A stretch of DNA of 44,265 bases, taken from the IMG/VR virus record IMGVR_UViG_3300017700_000389, positions 1 through 44,265 of that record; one strand, given 5' to 3'. Of the stretch, positions 17,974 to 26,311 are shown piece by piece. Position numbers and translations under genes: made by a program. The stretch comes from a virus (Duplodnaviria; Caudoviricetes). The notes below the pieces were generated by a model. The model searched no databases and was not told the origin of the DNA. It saw nothing but the letters and a program-made list of their open reading frames with translations. Numbering within the stretch: position 1 is the first letter of the stretch; each line of letters starts with the position of its first letter.

Positions 17974-18036
17974 ATCAAGGTTCTACTGGCCTGAATCCAG
18001 CACAAGAACCTAGCGGGATGCGCCCGCCGCCGATGC

Positions 18037-18747
18037 TTACAGGTTGTCCAGTGTCAACTTTTCTTCCGTCTTCAGCAGTTTGGTCAGACGGTTGATGAAG
18101 TATTCCAAGACTTCTTGGTTTTCTTCCACAGTTTCTGCGCCGACTGTAGTCACGTAGACTTGCAGTGCATTGCTGAACATTTCCAGCACGTCCTTCTGCG
18201 AACGCTGTTTCTTGAAGCCCGATTGGAAGCACAAGATGTGATTCTCGATGTTCGGCTTGGGCTTGTTGAGAGCGGCCGGCATAACTGCCAAGTAGGATTC
18301 CAAGAAGGTAGCAATGTCTTCGTCGCTCGGCACGGAACTGGCACGTTCTGCCTTGGGCATGTTGCTGATAGCAGTCCAGTCCAACTTGTCATAGTCGAGG
18401 CTGGCCGCAGTAACAACAGCGTCCTTGTTTTCAGGCTTTTCGCGGAAGTCATTGATCTGGCCGCGAGCAACCCGGTACACCTGGTCGGTGATGGTGGACA
18501 GTACCAGTTCAACTTCTTTGGCGTACTTGACAGGATCGTTCAGGAATTCTTGCAGACGAGGAATGCTGGGAACTGGCAGATCAATGTCCACAGAAGGATG
18601 CTTCTTGCCAGCGCCAATCACTGCGCCCTTTTCATCGCGCAGCTTTTCAGTCTTGAAGTGGAACACAGACTTCACCAGATTCACCAGCGCATTGCCAGTA
18701 GAAGTTGCAGCAGTCTCAGCAACAGGGGCTTGATTCTCTTCACTCAT
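18037..18747 (-). CDS. Hypothetical protein, 236 aa, in its own transcription unit; probable distant paralog of 25629-26279
   Basis: ATG at 18747 with GGAG RBS; own sigma70 promoter and terminator; ends KLTLDNL. Confidence 0.85.
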   Translation of the reverse strand: MSEENQAPVAETAATSTGNALVNLVKSVFHFKTEKLRDEKGAVIGAGKKHPSVDIDLPVPSIPRLQEFLNDPVKYAKEVELVLSTITDQVYRVARGQINDFREKPENKDAVVTAASLDYDKLDWTAISNMPKAERASSVPSDEDIATFLESYLAVMPAALNKPKPNIENHILCFQSGFKKQRSQKDVLEMFSNALQVYVTTVGAETVEENQEVLEYFINRLTKLLKTEEKLTLDNL

Positions 18748-18832
18748 TTTGAAATACTCCAAAGGTTAGTAACAAAAGCGTTACGGGTTTCATGAAACTT
18801 TCTCCGCACGAACTTGCATTGAAAGAACGTTC

Positions 18833-18861
18833 AGTCTAACAGGTGATCGGTCACTTGTCAA
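18833..18861 (-). promoter_or_regulatory. Sigma70-type promoter TTGACA-N17-TAGACT
   Basis: -35 at 18861-18856 is a perfect match, -10 at 18838-18833; lies upstream of the 18747 gene. Confidence 0.8.
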
Positions 18862-19187
18862 GAGGGGTTTTGTTCTGTTGTTGCCTGTTGAAGTGCTAGT
18901 GTTGCAGCGGCTGCTCGATATTCACTAAGGATAGGAGCAGTGTCAACACCAAGAGCAAGCAACCTGTTCAATGTTTTCTCGATCTCCTCAGTAAGAAAGA
19001 GTTCAAGATCACTAGCACTGAGCCAGAGTTGCACTGGCATTTGTGAGCGTGGTGTTTGTAACTGCAGTTGCACTGTTGCTGTTGGTGTGATAGCAGCAGC
19101 GATATCCCAAGCCAGCAGTTGTCGCAACTTGTTAATCTGTTGGGCAGACTGCACAATGTCTTTGGGGTCTGAGAGATTCATACTCAT
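18858..19187 (-). CDS. Hypothetical protein
   Basis: 109 aa ORF with AGGAG RBS. Confidence 0.75.
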   Translation of the reverse strand: MSMNLSDPKDIVQSAQQINKLRQLLAWDIAAAITPTATVQLQLQTPRSQMPVQLWLSASDLELFLTEEIEKTLNRLLALGVDTAPILSEYRAAAATLALQQATTEQNPS

Positions 19188-19196
19188 AAGGTTCTC

Positions 19197-19685
19197 CTAA
19201 TAGCGGATCAGTCCGCAAAACTTCCACAAATTCAACAATCGTTTTTCGTAACGATCATCGTAGCCTTCAGCATTATTGCTCCAAGGATTCTTTCCATACC
19301 AGAGTTTGAAACAGAGGTAGAGTTTGTTAGTTGCAAGGTCACGCCGCGCCGAAACACCAATGTGTTTGCCAAAGCAAAGGAGCTGGTGGCTGCAATCACT
19401 GTGAACTTTGATGCTTGCATTGTCGCCGGCAACATCGTTGAACACATCACCGTTGAACACAACATCGTAGAACTTAGCGAAGTCTGTGATTGTCATGCAA
19501 ACAACAGGCGATACTTTGTACTTGGGATTGCTCAGTACTTCCATTGGAAGGAAGAATGAGGATTCAATCAGCAGGTTTGTTACCAGTGCGTGGTCATCCT
19601 TTGTTGCTGTGAGTATGTCAGTGATGACAACAGTTCCTTCCACTGTACGTGACCAGTCACTGTTAGGTTTGGATTCTTCTTTCAT
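19197..19685 (-). CDS. Hypothetical protein
   Basis: 162 aa ORF, ATGA coupling to the upstream gene. Confidence 0.75.
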   Translation of the reverse strand: MKEESKPNSDWSRTVEGTVVITDILTATKDDHALVTNLLIESSFFLPMEVLSNPKYKVSPVVCMTITDFAKFYDVVFNGDVFNDVAGDNASIKVHSDCSHQLLCFGKHIGVSARRDLATNKLYLCFKLWYGKNPWSNNAEGYDDRYEKRLLNLWKFCGLIRY

Positions 19686-20863
19686 TCTTCTTGCTCCCCA
19701 GTAATAGTGAGGTCATCCACAATATCGATACCAACGTCATCTTCGTCAGTATCATCCTCTTCGCCGCCCAGCACATCATTGATATTTGGAACATACGAAG
19801 GCTTGACAGTAACTGTTGACTGTTGTTTGAGTGCGGCATCCCGGTACTTGTTCTGGTCAGTGTGTGCTAGTTTCCACTTAGCATGCGCAATCATCCACAG
19901 TACCTTGCTTGGGAAGTCTGCAAGGCGTGGTTCAGTCATACTAATAGACCCATCTGCTACACCAGCAGCGATACTGCTAGGAACAAGAATCTCGTAGGCC
20001 TCGAACTTGGTTTCAAGGATGGTGCGCTTGTAACTGAGACGATCAAGGAACGCAGCGCTGATACTGCTACCAGTAGGAACTTCACAGAGGAAAATCTCCT
20101 CGAACAGATCAATGTCTGCCATTGTGAACTCACTGATCTCCTGCTCAGTTTCTGCATCGAACAGTTCCCACATCCATCCAGCAGTATCACGCTCGTAACG
20201 TGCAGGGATGTGAGCAAGAAACCAACGCCACAGGAGTTTCTTACTTTTGGGAGTCTTGGCGACAACGTCATCACGAATACCCTTGAGTGCAATCTCAGCA
20301 CTACGGATCTTCTCCGCTTCAAGGTTATCCCTGACTTTGGTTTCGTATTCTTTCTTCACCTTCCAGCAGTCTTGGATATATCCATGAAGGTCGATGCCTT
20401 TGTTGTTCTTGCTAATGCGCAAGTCTGGAAACTTGAAACGATTGGATTCCAAGTAGTTCTTCCAGTAACTGAGCTGCATCAGTGAGGTCCAGTTGACATA
20501 CACTTCTTGTAGTGTCGGCAACCACACGATAGATTGATCGACCTCACTCATATGGTGGATGATCGCCAGAGCAGTTACTCGCAAGGTTTGCTCTTGCTTG
20601 AATGTAATTGCTTCATCTGCTGCTTGTTGCTGTGTAAGTTCACAGAACTGATACCAACTGTTGCGCGCAAATTGCAGCAGCGCTGTTGGTTCCAGTGAGA
20701 AGATTGGATGCAGTGCTTGGGTGTGTTTCCACTGAGAGAGGAATGGCACATGCCCTGCTACACGGAGAACAGTCAAGGCACCAACAGTAATACCAGTGCG
20801 TGTGCAAAGGATTGGATGGACTTGCTTGTTGTCAGTAGCATCGAGTTTGTTTTCAGTAGTCAT
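19682..20863 (-). CDS. Hypothetical protein, about 393 aa, with acidic C-terminal tail
   Basis: Long ORF; likely start MTTENK at 20863; tail GGEEDDTDEDDVGIDIVDD. Confidence 0.8.
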   Translation of the reverse strand: MTTENKLDATDNKQVHPILCTRTGITVGALTVLRVAGHVPFLSQWKHTQALHPIFSLEPTALLQFARNSWYQFCELTQQQAADEAITFKQEQTLRVTALAIIHHMSEVDQSIVWLPTLQEVYVNWTSLMQLSYWKNYLESNRFKFPDLRISKNNKGIDLHGYIQDCWKVKKEYETKVRDNLEAEKIRSAEIALKGIRDDVVAKTPKSKKLLWRWFLAHIPARYERDTAGWMWELFDAETEQEISEFTMADIDLFEEIFLCEVPTGSSISAAFLDRLSYKRTILETKFEAYEILVPSSIAAGVADGSISMTEPRLADFPSKVLWMIAHAKWKLAHTDQNKYRDAALKQQSTVTVKPSYVPNINDVLGGEEDDTDEDDVGIDIVDDLTITGEQEE

Positions 20864-20897
20864 GATTGATTTGAGTCTTTCGATTTGCGCAATGCGC

Positions 20898-21005
20898 TTA
20901 GTTACACACAATGAAACATCCCGGCACTGTTGCAAATGCAACCGCAAAGACTACGAACACAATAGCAACTGCAATGCCGCAGTTAATGAGGAACTCTTTG
21001 AACAT
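20898..21005 (-). CDS. Small membrane peptide, 35 aa (not in ORF track)
   Basis: MFKEFLINCGIAVAIVFVVFAVAFATVPGCFIVCN; TAATG coupling to the upstream stop. Confidence 0.55.
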   Translation of the reverse strand: MFKEFLINCGIAVAIVFVVFAVAFATVPGCFIVCN

Positions 21006-21190
21006 TATCGAATGTTCCCTTCCTTGGACATAGTAACGCGTGCGTCATATACGTCACTCATACGCTTCTGGTACTCCGCTGCTTGCTTCAAATGGTACGC
21101 AGCTTGTGCTTTGTAGTAGTTATAGTTTGCTTCCAATGCTGCGAGACCGAGAGGTGCTCGATCTGTTTGGTAGTTTACCGTATATCTCAT
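21005..21190 (-). CDS. Hypothetical protein, 61 aa
   Basis: ATG at 21190 with AAGGA RBS. Confidence 0.65.
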   Translation of the reverse strand: MRYTVNYQTDRAPLGLAALEANYNYYKAQAAYHLKQAAEYQKRMSDVYDARVTMSKEGNIR

Positions 21191-21194
21191 GATG

Positions 21195-21455
21195 CTATCC
21201 TTTCTTGTTACGATTAATAATGCTTGCTTCATACGCTTCGATCTTCCCAGTTACCCAATCCATGAGTGCTGGGAATGTTACGCACTGAGAAGCTGCAAAC
21301 TTGAGGTCATCCTCATTGAAAATCCCTACACGATAGCAGAGACTCACCGCAGTACCCTTGAGGTGAGGATCAATGCGCTTAGCAGCAGCGTACATGCGGG
21401 AGTAGGAGCCGTGGTATGATTGTGCTTGCAGCACTTTGACGTTACTTGTTGCCAT
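21195..21455 (-). CDS. Hypothetical protein, 86 aa
   Basis: ATG at 21455 with AGGAG RBS. Confidence 0.7.
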   Translation of the reverse strand: MATSNVKVLQAQSYHGSYSRMYAAAKRIDPHLKGTAVSLCYRVGIFNEDDLKFAASQCVTFPALMDWVTGKIEAYEASIINRNKKG

Positions 21456-21463
21456 GATTGCTC

Positions 21464-21637
21464 CTACCAAAGTAAAGTTACAGGACGCTGTTCATACAAG
21501 CAAGATTCCGTAGCGTCAATGACTGTACGAACAAGCGCAATTGCTCTTACTTCCATGGCAACAATTGTTCTGCAAGGATGGAAGGGACGAGGTGCTGTAG
21601 TAGGAAACATCTTCCACAATTTAGTCTTAATCATCAT
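21464..21637 (-). CDS. Hypothetical protein, 57 aa (not in ORF track)
   Basis: ATGA overlap with the helicase stop; MMIKTKLWKMFPTTAPRPFHPCRT...; fills the gap. Confidence 0.5.
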   Translation of the reverse strand: MMIKTKLWKMFPTTAPRPFHPCRTIVAMEVRAIALVRTVIDATESCLYEQRPVTLLW

Positions 21638-23448
21638 GCATCCTCCTCACTAGTGATTTTCTCTGCGGCTTCCTGTGCAAACTTCTCTTGCAAGGATACC
21701 AACTTTTCCGCAAGAGTATTACCCTTGAGTCGTGGGTTCTTAGCGGCCTTTGTTAGTGTCCCTGCTTTCATGCCGCGATCAGGCTCACAGATAATGTACA
21801 ACTCCTTAGCAGCGCGAGTGATAGCAGTATAAACTAGCTCGCGGCTTGTCATCTTCGCATGATCTGCGTGGAAGAAGATTACCACTTTGCGCCACTCACT
21901 ACCTTGTGACTTATGCACGGTAATGGCGTAAGCAAAGAGCATTTCATTGATAGCACTAGCACTCGAGAGTTCCGTTGTCTCGTATCCATCCGTATCCATG
22001 CTATTATCATTTGGTGTCCAATCGTGGGGATTGGTGCCATTGATGAAACGAACAGTAACCTTGTGACTGGATGATGTTTTGCGGTCAGTGATTTCACCGT
22101 GGTTAAGAACCAAATCGGCCAAGATCGCATCCACATCAACACCAGAGTGTTCTAGTTCGTAGTCTTCACTCGCTGTGAGATTTAGTTCCTTGCGCTTGGT
22201 AACACCACCCCAACGATCCATAGAATACTTCTCAGGATTGGTAGGATGTTTCCCTTGGTAGGATGTGTTGTACTCGATCTTAGTAATGATGGCTTCACGC
22301 TTGTTAACCAGCATCTTGTCACCAACTGCAAGGTAATGCGTCTTGAAACCAGCGATGACTTCAAACACCTTGGCATTACGCTCACGTCCAAGCCAATCAG
22401 CAATGGACAGATTCAACTCAATAACACCAAAGTTGACATTGTAAGGACAAAGGATCATATCCTTGTAAGGATCGAACAGTCCTTCCTTAATCATTGCTTT
22501 GGAAAAGTTCTGTGCCTTGTTAAGAGCGTCATCACGGTGGATACTCTTGGACCATGGTTTAATTACCAACAGTCCATGCTCTCCACAGTCTTCCTTGACG
22601 TTCTCAGACAAGGGAACAGCGAGTCCATCCTTGATCTTAGTTGCCAAGGAAATGATTGGAGAAAGTAGCGCTTGGCGATACACTTCTGTTAGTTCTACGA
22701 TTGGTAGTTCCAGAAGCATTTTGCCCAAGATTGCTTCACCATACACTGGTGGCAACTGATTCAGATCACCAAGGAAAATGAATTGCACTGCTGATGGATC
22801 AGGCAATGCATCGTACAGGAGATTCATTAGGTCGATTTGAACCATGGAAGATTCATCAACTACGATCGTACGAATACTGCTGGGCAGTTTGTTCATCTTG
22901 TTACGAGCTGGTCGAAATTCCATACTCTTAACAATAGTGCCATCCTCCTTTTCCACTTCAAAGTAGAACGGTTCAAATTCCAACAAGGAGTGGATGGTGC
23001 AAGTAGTAACATCCCGTGTAAAATGCTTTGCAATCTGGCGCACTGCCATGTTGGTGAAACTGCAGAGAATAATACCGGGTTTGCCAGAGACTAACACTTT
23101 GGTGGATTCATGCGTTCCAATGATAGGAAGCATGTTGTTCATAATGAACGTATTGACCAATCCCTTGAGTGTACTGGTTTTACCAGTTCCTGCTGCACCA
23201 ATGAGACAGAAGCTCTTACCAGCAAGGCCACTGTTAATGGCTGCTAGTTGCTTGTCATTCCATGGTCGGGATTCATCAATCTTCCACCCCAGTTTGTGGA
23301 GGGATGGAACGTCCATACTAGTGGACAGTTTGGCGGCAAGATCGCTTGCAACTGCTGCTACTGCAGTCTTTTGTGCGGCCTTGATTTCTGCTAGTCGCGC
23401 ACGCGCACGATCGATAGCAGAGAGGGCACTGTTAGTGGTTGTTGTCAT
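21634..23448 (-). CDS. RecD/Dda-like superfamily 1 helicase
   Basis: GAAGTGKT, VVDESSMV, LGDLNQLPPV, LTEVYRQ, AYAITVHKSQGSEW, YTAITRA; likely start at ATG 23448. Confidence 0.93.
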   Translation of the reverse strand: MTTTTNSALSAIDRARARLAEIKAAQKTAVAAVASDLAAKLSTSMDVPSLHKLGWKIDESRPWNDKQLAAINSGLAGKSFCLIGAAGTGKTSTLKGLVNTFIMNNMLPIIGTHESTKVLVSGKPGIILCSFTNMAVRQIAKHFTRDVTTCTIHSLLEFEPFYFEVEKEDGTIVKSMEFRPARNKMNKLPSSIRTIVVDESSMVQIDLMNLLYDALPDPSAVQFIFLGDLNQLPPVYGEAILGKMLLELPIVELTEVYRQALLSPIISLATKIKDGLAVPLSENVKEDCGEHGLLVIKPWSKSIHRDDALNKAQNFSKAMIKEGLFDPYKDMILCPYNVNFGVIELNLSIADWLGRERNAKVFEVIAGFKTHYLAVGDKMLVNKREAIITKIEYNTSYQGKHPTNPEKYSMDRWGGVTKRKELNLTASEDYELEHSGVDVDAILADLVLNHGEITDRKTSSSHKVTVRFINGTNPHDWTPNDNSMDTDGYETTELSSASAINEMLFAYAITVHKSQGSEWRKVVIFFHADHAKMTSRELVYTAITRAAKELYIICEPDRGMKAGTLTKAAKNPRLKGNTLAEKLVSLQEKFAQEAAEKITSEEDA

Positions 23449-23453
23449 GGTTG

Positions 23454-23666
23454 TTACTGTTCTTCTGCTTCGAGAATCAGGAGCAAGATTGTTGCTTGGA
23501 AAGGCCACAGTGTACCAAACAAGGCATGTTCTGTGTGCAATTCAACGTCAGTAACAGGATCAACGTAGCCTTCTTTGCAGATTTCAACCCATGCTTCTTG
23601 CAGGCTAGGTTGTTCTGTTAGTAACGCTGCTTCTATCGCTGCGATTGTTTGTTGTGAAAGTGCCAT
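23454..23666 (-). CDS. Hypothetical protein
   Basis: 70 aa ORF with AAGGA RBS. Confidence 0.65.
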   Translation of the reverse strand: MALSQQTIAAIEAALLTEQPSLQEAWVEICKEGYVDPVTDVELHTEHALFGTLWPFQATILLLILEAEEQ

Positions 23667-23681
23667 GATAGTGGTTCCTTT

Positions 23682-24026
23682 CTAGTATCCTGCTGCGTCT
23701 TGGTGGAAGTGCAAGCCAACGATACCACAAGTTGGGCACTTGCTGGATGCTTTGACATGGCGGTAGTATTTGTACTGCTCATGGAGTTTGGCACTTGTAT
23801 TAAGGGCCACTGATAGGGCGAATACTGGTTGATCGAACAACGCTACTCGCAGTTGGGAATCAAGGCTCATAACAAGAGCATGAGAGAATGCTTTGCCATT
23901 GCTGTGCAGATTCATGAAACCAATGTCAGCGCTTGGGAGTGTTACTCCTCTGCGCTCGAAAGAAAATTCTTGAGCTGGTGAGAGTAGCGAACGTGGGTAG
24001 TTGCTTGCAATGCCGGATGTTGCCAT
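23682..24026 (-). CDS. Hypothetical protein with C-terminal CxxC...HxH
   Basis: AGGAG RBS; CPTCGIVGLHFH. Confidence 0.7.
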   Translation of the reverse strand: MATSGIASNYPRSLLSPAQEFSFERRGVTLPSADIGFMNLHSNGKAFSHALVMSLDSQLRVALFDQPVFALSVALNTSAKLHEQYKYYRHVKASSKCPTCGIVGLHFHQDAAGY

Positions 24027-24044
24027 GATTAGGACTCCTGCTAG

Positions 24045-24395
24045 TTACAGATCAGGACACAATTGATTGGATTCGTAGTCCAGTGCAACTTGGCGAGCCC
24101 GACTAAAAAGACCAATAACCATACGTCTTTTAGTGTGGACACTATCATTGAAGGCTGGAATTGTCTCAGTTTCCTGAGGCAAAACAGCTACTAAGGCACT
24201 GATGGCAACATCCGTGGAATCTTGCCAACCATCAGTAGTTTTAATGACCGCACCCAGAGCACAGAATCTGCACGCATGGGGAGATTCTGGTTCTACTGGA
24301 TTGTAGTTTGCATCCATTGCATAAGTACCCTTGATCCAGACTCCGGGTACTTCCAGTCTTTGCTGGGCAATCAGCAGTATGTCACTTGTGTTCAT
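24045..24395 (-). CDS. DUF6197-like phage protein; first gene after the early promoter
   Basis: WIKG, ACRFCALGAV, FND....R..V...F..A pattern; AGGA RBS. Confidence 0.7.
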   Translation of the reverse strand: MNTSDILLIAQQRLEVPGVWIKGTYAMDANYNPVEPESPHACRFCALGAVIKTTDGWQDSTDVAISALVAVLPQETETIPAFNDSVHTKRRMVIGLFSRARQVALDYESNQLCPDL

Positions 24396-24495
24396 ATCGA
24401 ATATTCCTAGTTTGGTTGGCGAAAATAGTAGATGCTGTTAACAACAGTCCAATGAATGGCTGCTCCCTGGGAGCGCACGTTTCCCAGATCATTAC

Positions 24496-24523
24496 ATTAT
24501 AGGCGCCTCAACCCATTTGTCAA
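24496..24523 (-). promoter_or_regulatory. Perfect-consensus sigma70 early promoter TTGACA-N16-TATAAT
   Basis: TGTCAA at 24518-24523 and ATTATA at 24496-24501 on +; points into the early arm; followed by a CUGGGA/UCCCAG leader hairpin. Confidence 0.9.
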
Positions 24524-24711
24524 CCCCCAATTGTTCTCTTATCCATGCAGGAGTAACACTACTGTGGGACTGCTGGGATCGTAGTGATTGTGACTGTGGA
24601 ATGTTTGAACGCATTCGTGGCTGCCATTGCCATGCGAGTATCGCATCTTCTGCCGCCCTCCACAGCGAAACCATTAGTACCAATGTCATTCTGTTATTAG
24701 TATTAGTAATC

Positions 24712-24882
24712 TCAACTGCAACTGATAGCCTTTGCCATGCGAATCATTGTAGTTAGTATCGCAGTCACGTTAGTTATCGCACTCGCCATGCGAATCATCA
24801 TTGTATTAGTTACCGCTATTGGTTGCATCGCTTCGCTCCTATGATTAGTGTTGGTGTCGTAGTCGCTCCGGGCCTTCGCCAT
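24712..24882 (-). CDS. Possible small repetitive protein, 56 aa
   Basis: GGAGG RBS; MAKARSDYD...MMIRMASA...TMIRMAKAISCS; may instead be a non-coding repeat region. Confidence 0.3.
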   Translation of the reverse strand: MAKARSDYDTNTNHRSEAMQPIAVTNTMMIRMASAITNVTAILTTMIRMAKAISCS

Positions 24883-24901
24883 GCGATAGTTCCTCCCTCA
24901 A

Positions 24902-25223
24902 CAGGATTCCCTATGTAGTCCATGTAACAGTGTAACAGTGTAACACGCACCCATCTGTGCCAGTTTGCCCCTCCAAACCCTCAATACTTATAACTCATAC
25001 CCTTTGTGCCTTGTCATACTACTATCCCCCTCTTTGATTTTGAAAAGAATAAAATATATAATACATAGTAGTAAGAGAGTGAGAGAGGGTAGGAACTGAG
25101 AGAGAACTAACAGAGGGAGAAACTAATAGCGGCTGAATGGAAGAGGTCGAGAGTGAGGGAAACCCGTTCATGTTACACAGTTACATTGTTACATGCGTTA
25201 CATGACTTACATAAGGAATCCTG
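24902..25223. repeat. Imperfect inverted repeat with TGTAAC iteron-like arrays flanking an AT-rich core; putative replication origin
   Basis: CAGGATTCC...(TGTAACA)x3 at 24902-24945 versus (GTTACA)x4...GGAATCCTG at 25172-25223. Confidence 0.7.
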
Positions 25224-25401
25224 ATGTAAGAGAATCCACCAAACAAATCATTGTTTATCTTAGATTGGAACGATGCAAACTAACCAACAAATTGTTGCGT
25301 GGAAACAACTGCAATTAACAGAACAAACTTACTCACAATTTGTGGATAACCACATCGCAAATGTAACGACTTGTAACGAAACGATACGAACAATTCTCAT
25401 T

Positions 25402-25458
25402 CGCCTGCGATTGGTGCGAAACTCCCAAATGTGGTGCAAGAATCACCAAACTAGTGCC
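25402..25458. promoter_or_regulatory. Three NtrC-like enhancer sites at a 20-bp period
   Basis: 17-mers CGCCTGCGATTGGTGCG, CTCCCAAATGTGGTGCA and ATCACCAAACTAGTGCC compared with consensus TGCACC-N5-GGTGCA. Confidence 0.5.
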
Positions 25459-25513
25459 GCGAAGCTCGCATGGCAAAATGAATAACTCTCGAATAACTTG
25501 TGAATAACATTCG

Positions 25514-25526
25514 TAACCTATTGATT
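25514..25526 (-). promoter_or_regulatory. IHF binding site
   Basis: TAACCTATTGATT is an exact reverse complement match to WATCAANNNNTTR. Confidence 0.6.
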
Positions 25527-25565
25527 CCATTGACTTTCTCCTGTGAATAACTAATTACTCCAAAG

Positions 25566-25583
25566 TTGGCACACAAACTGCTA
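25566..25583 (+). promoter_or_regulatory. Sigma54 (-24/-12) promoter
   Basis: TTGGCACACAAACTGCTA: GG (25568-69)-N10-GC (25580-81), close to consensus TGGCAC-N5-TTGCW. Confidence 0.7.
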
Positions 25584-25628
25584 ATAGTAGAGTGCGGGAA
25601 TAATCCCGTGCAACTCGAAGGAATTATC

Positions 25629-26279
25629 ATGGTCATCAATCAAACTGAACTCACAATTGACACAGTAACACCAGCCTTGCAACTCGGACAAATCCAAATC
25701 AGCGCAGACCGCCGTAGTATGGACAAGAACAAGCCACTGGCAGATTCCGACCGTATTCGCCGTGTTGTCATCCCTGCTAACCACTGGGGTACTCTCGCTG
25801 CATCCATGAATGGCAGTGCCAGTCAGGGCCTTACTGATATCCTCACTAACGGCCTGAAGACTATCGCTAGTGCCCGCCTCAAGGACTACCTTACTGAGCA
25901 ACCCCTTGCCCGCACTGTCAGTGCCAATGACTACACAGTGTCTGCACTGCTGGCATGGAGCCTTGACACTGCTAGCAGCCGTGGTGCTCTCACATTTGAC
26001 CGCGAACAAGTGGAAGAGTGGTTCCCTACTAGCAAGCTCTTTACTGTGATGGCTGCTAAGGGCAAGCAGTGGACAGAGTTCATGGCTAACCGCCTTGGCA
26101 CTCTCGCTGCTAAGAACCATGGCCTCAAGAAACCAGAGGATGCTGACAAGCTGATAACACTACTGGCAGATGATGTGGAAACACCAATCGTTAGCGAACT
26201 CATCCAGCGCCTCACCCACATTAGCCGTAGTCTCGCTGCACGCACTGCTACTGCTACCCTGAGCCTTGACGACCTGTAA
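25629..26279 (+). CDS. Hypothetical protein, 216 aa, solitary gene behind the sigma54-like promoter
   Basis: ATG at 25629 with AAGGA RBS; own terminator; ends TLSLDDL. Confidence 0.85.
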   Translation: MVINQTELTIDTVTPALQLGQIQISADRRSMDKNKPLADSDRIRRVVIPANHWGTLAASMNGSASQGLTDILTNGLKTIASARLKDYLTEQPLARTVSANDYTVSALLAWSLDTASSRGALTFDREQVEEWFPTSKLFTVMAAKGKQWTEFMANRLGTLAAKNHGLKKPEDADKLITLLADDVETPIVSELIQRLTHISRSLAARTATATLSLDDL

Positions 26280-26311
26280 CCACTGGCGCTAGCAGCGACC
26301 TGCTGCATCCT

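Larger units (their letters stand above)
25341..25550. promoter_or_regulatory. DnaA-box cluster
   Basis: TGTGGATAA 25341-49, TGTGAATAA 25499-507 and 25542-50 all match the reverse complement of TTWTNCACA; degenerate copies at 25477 and 25488. Confidence 0.55.

Noticed and set aside
24629-24886. GCCATGCGA repeats as a mini CRISPR array
   Set aside because: Repeat only 9-14 bp, spacing irregular, and the intervening sequences resemble one another
24902-25223. Inverted repeats as MITE or IS ends
   Set aside because: Arms are arrays of short motifs with variable spacing, no target duplication seen and no transposase in the genome
25273-25485. 70-aa plus-strand ORF in the control region
   Set aside because: Weak RBS, no motifs, and it overlies DnaA-box and enhancer-like sites that explain the sequence better
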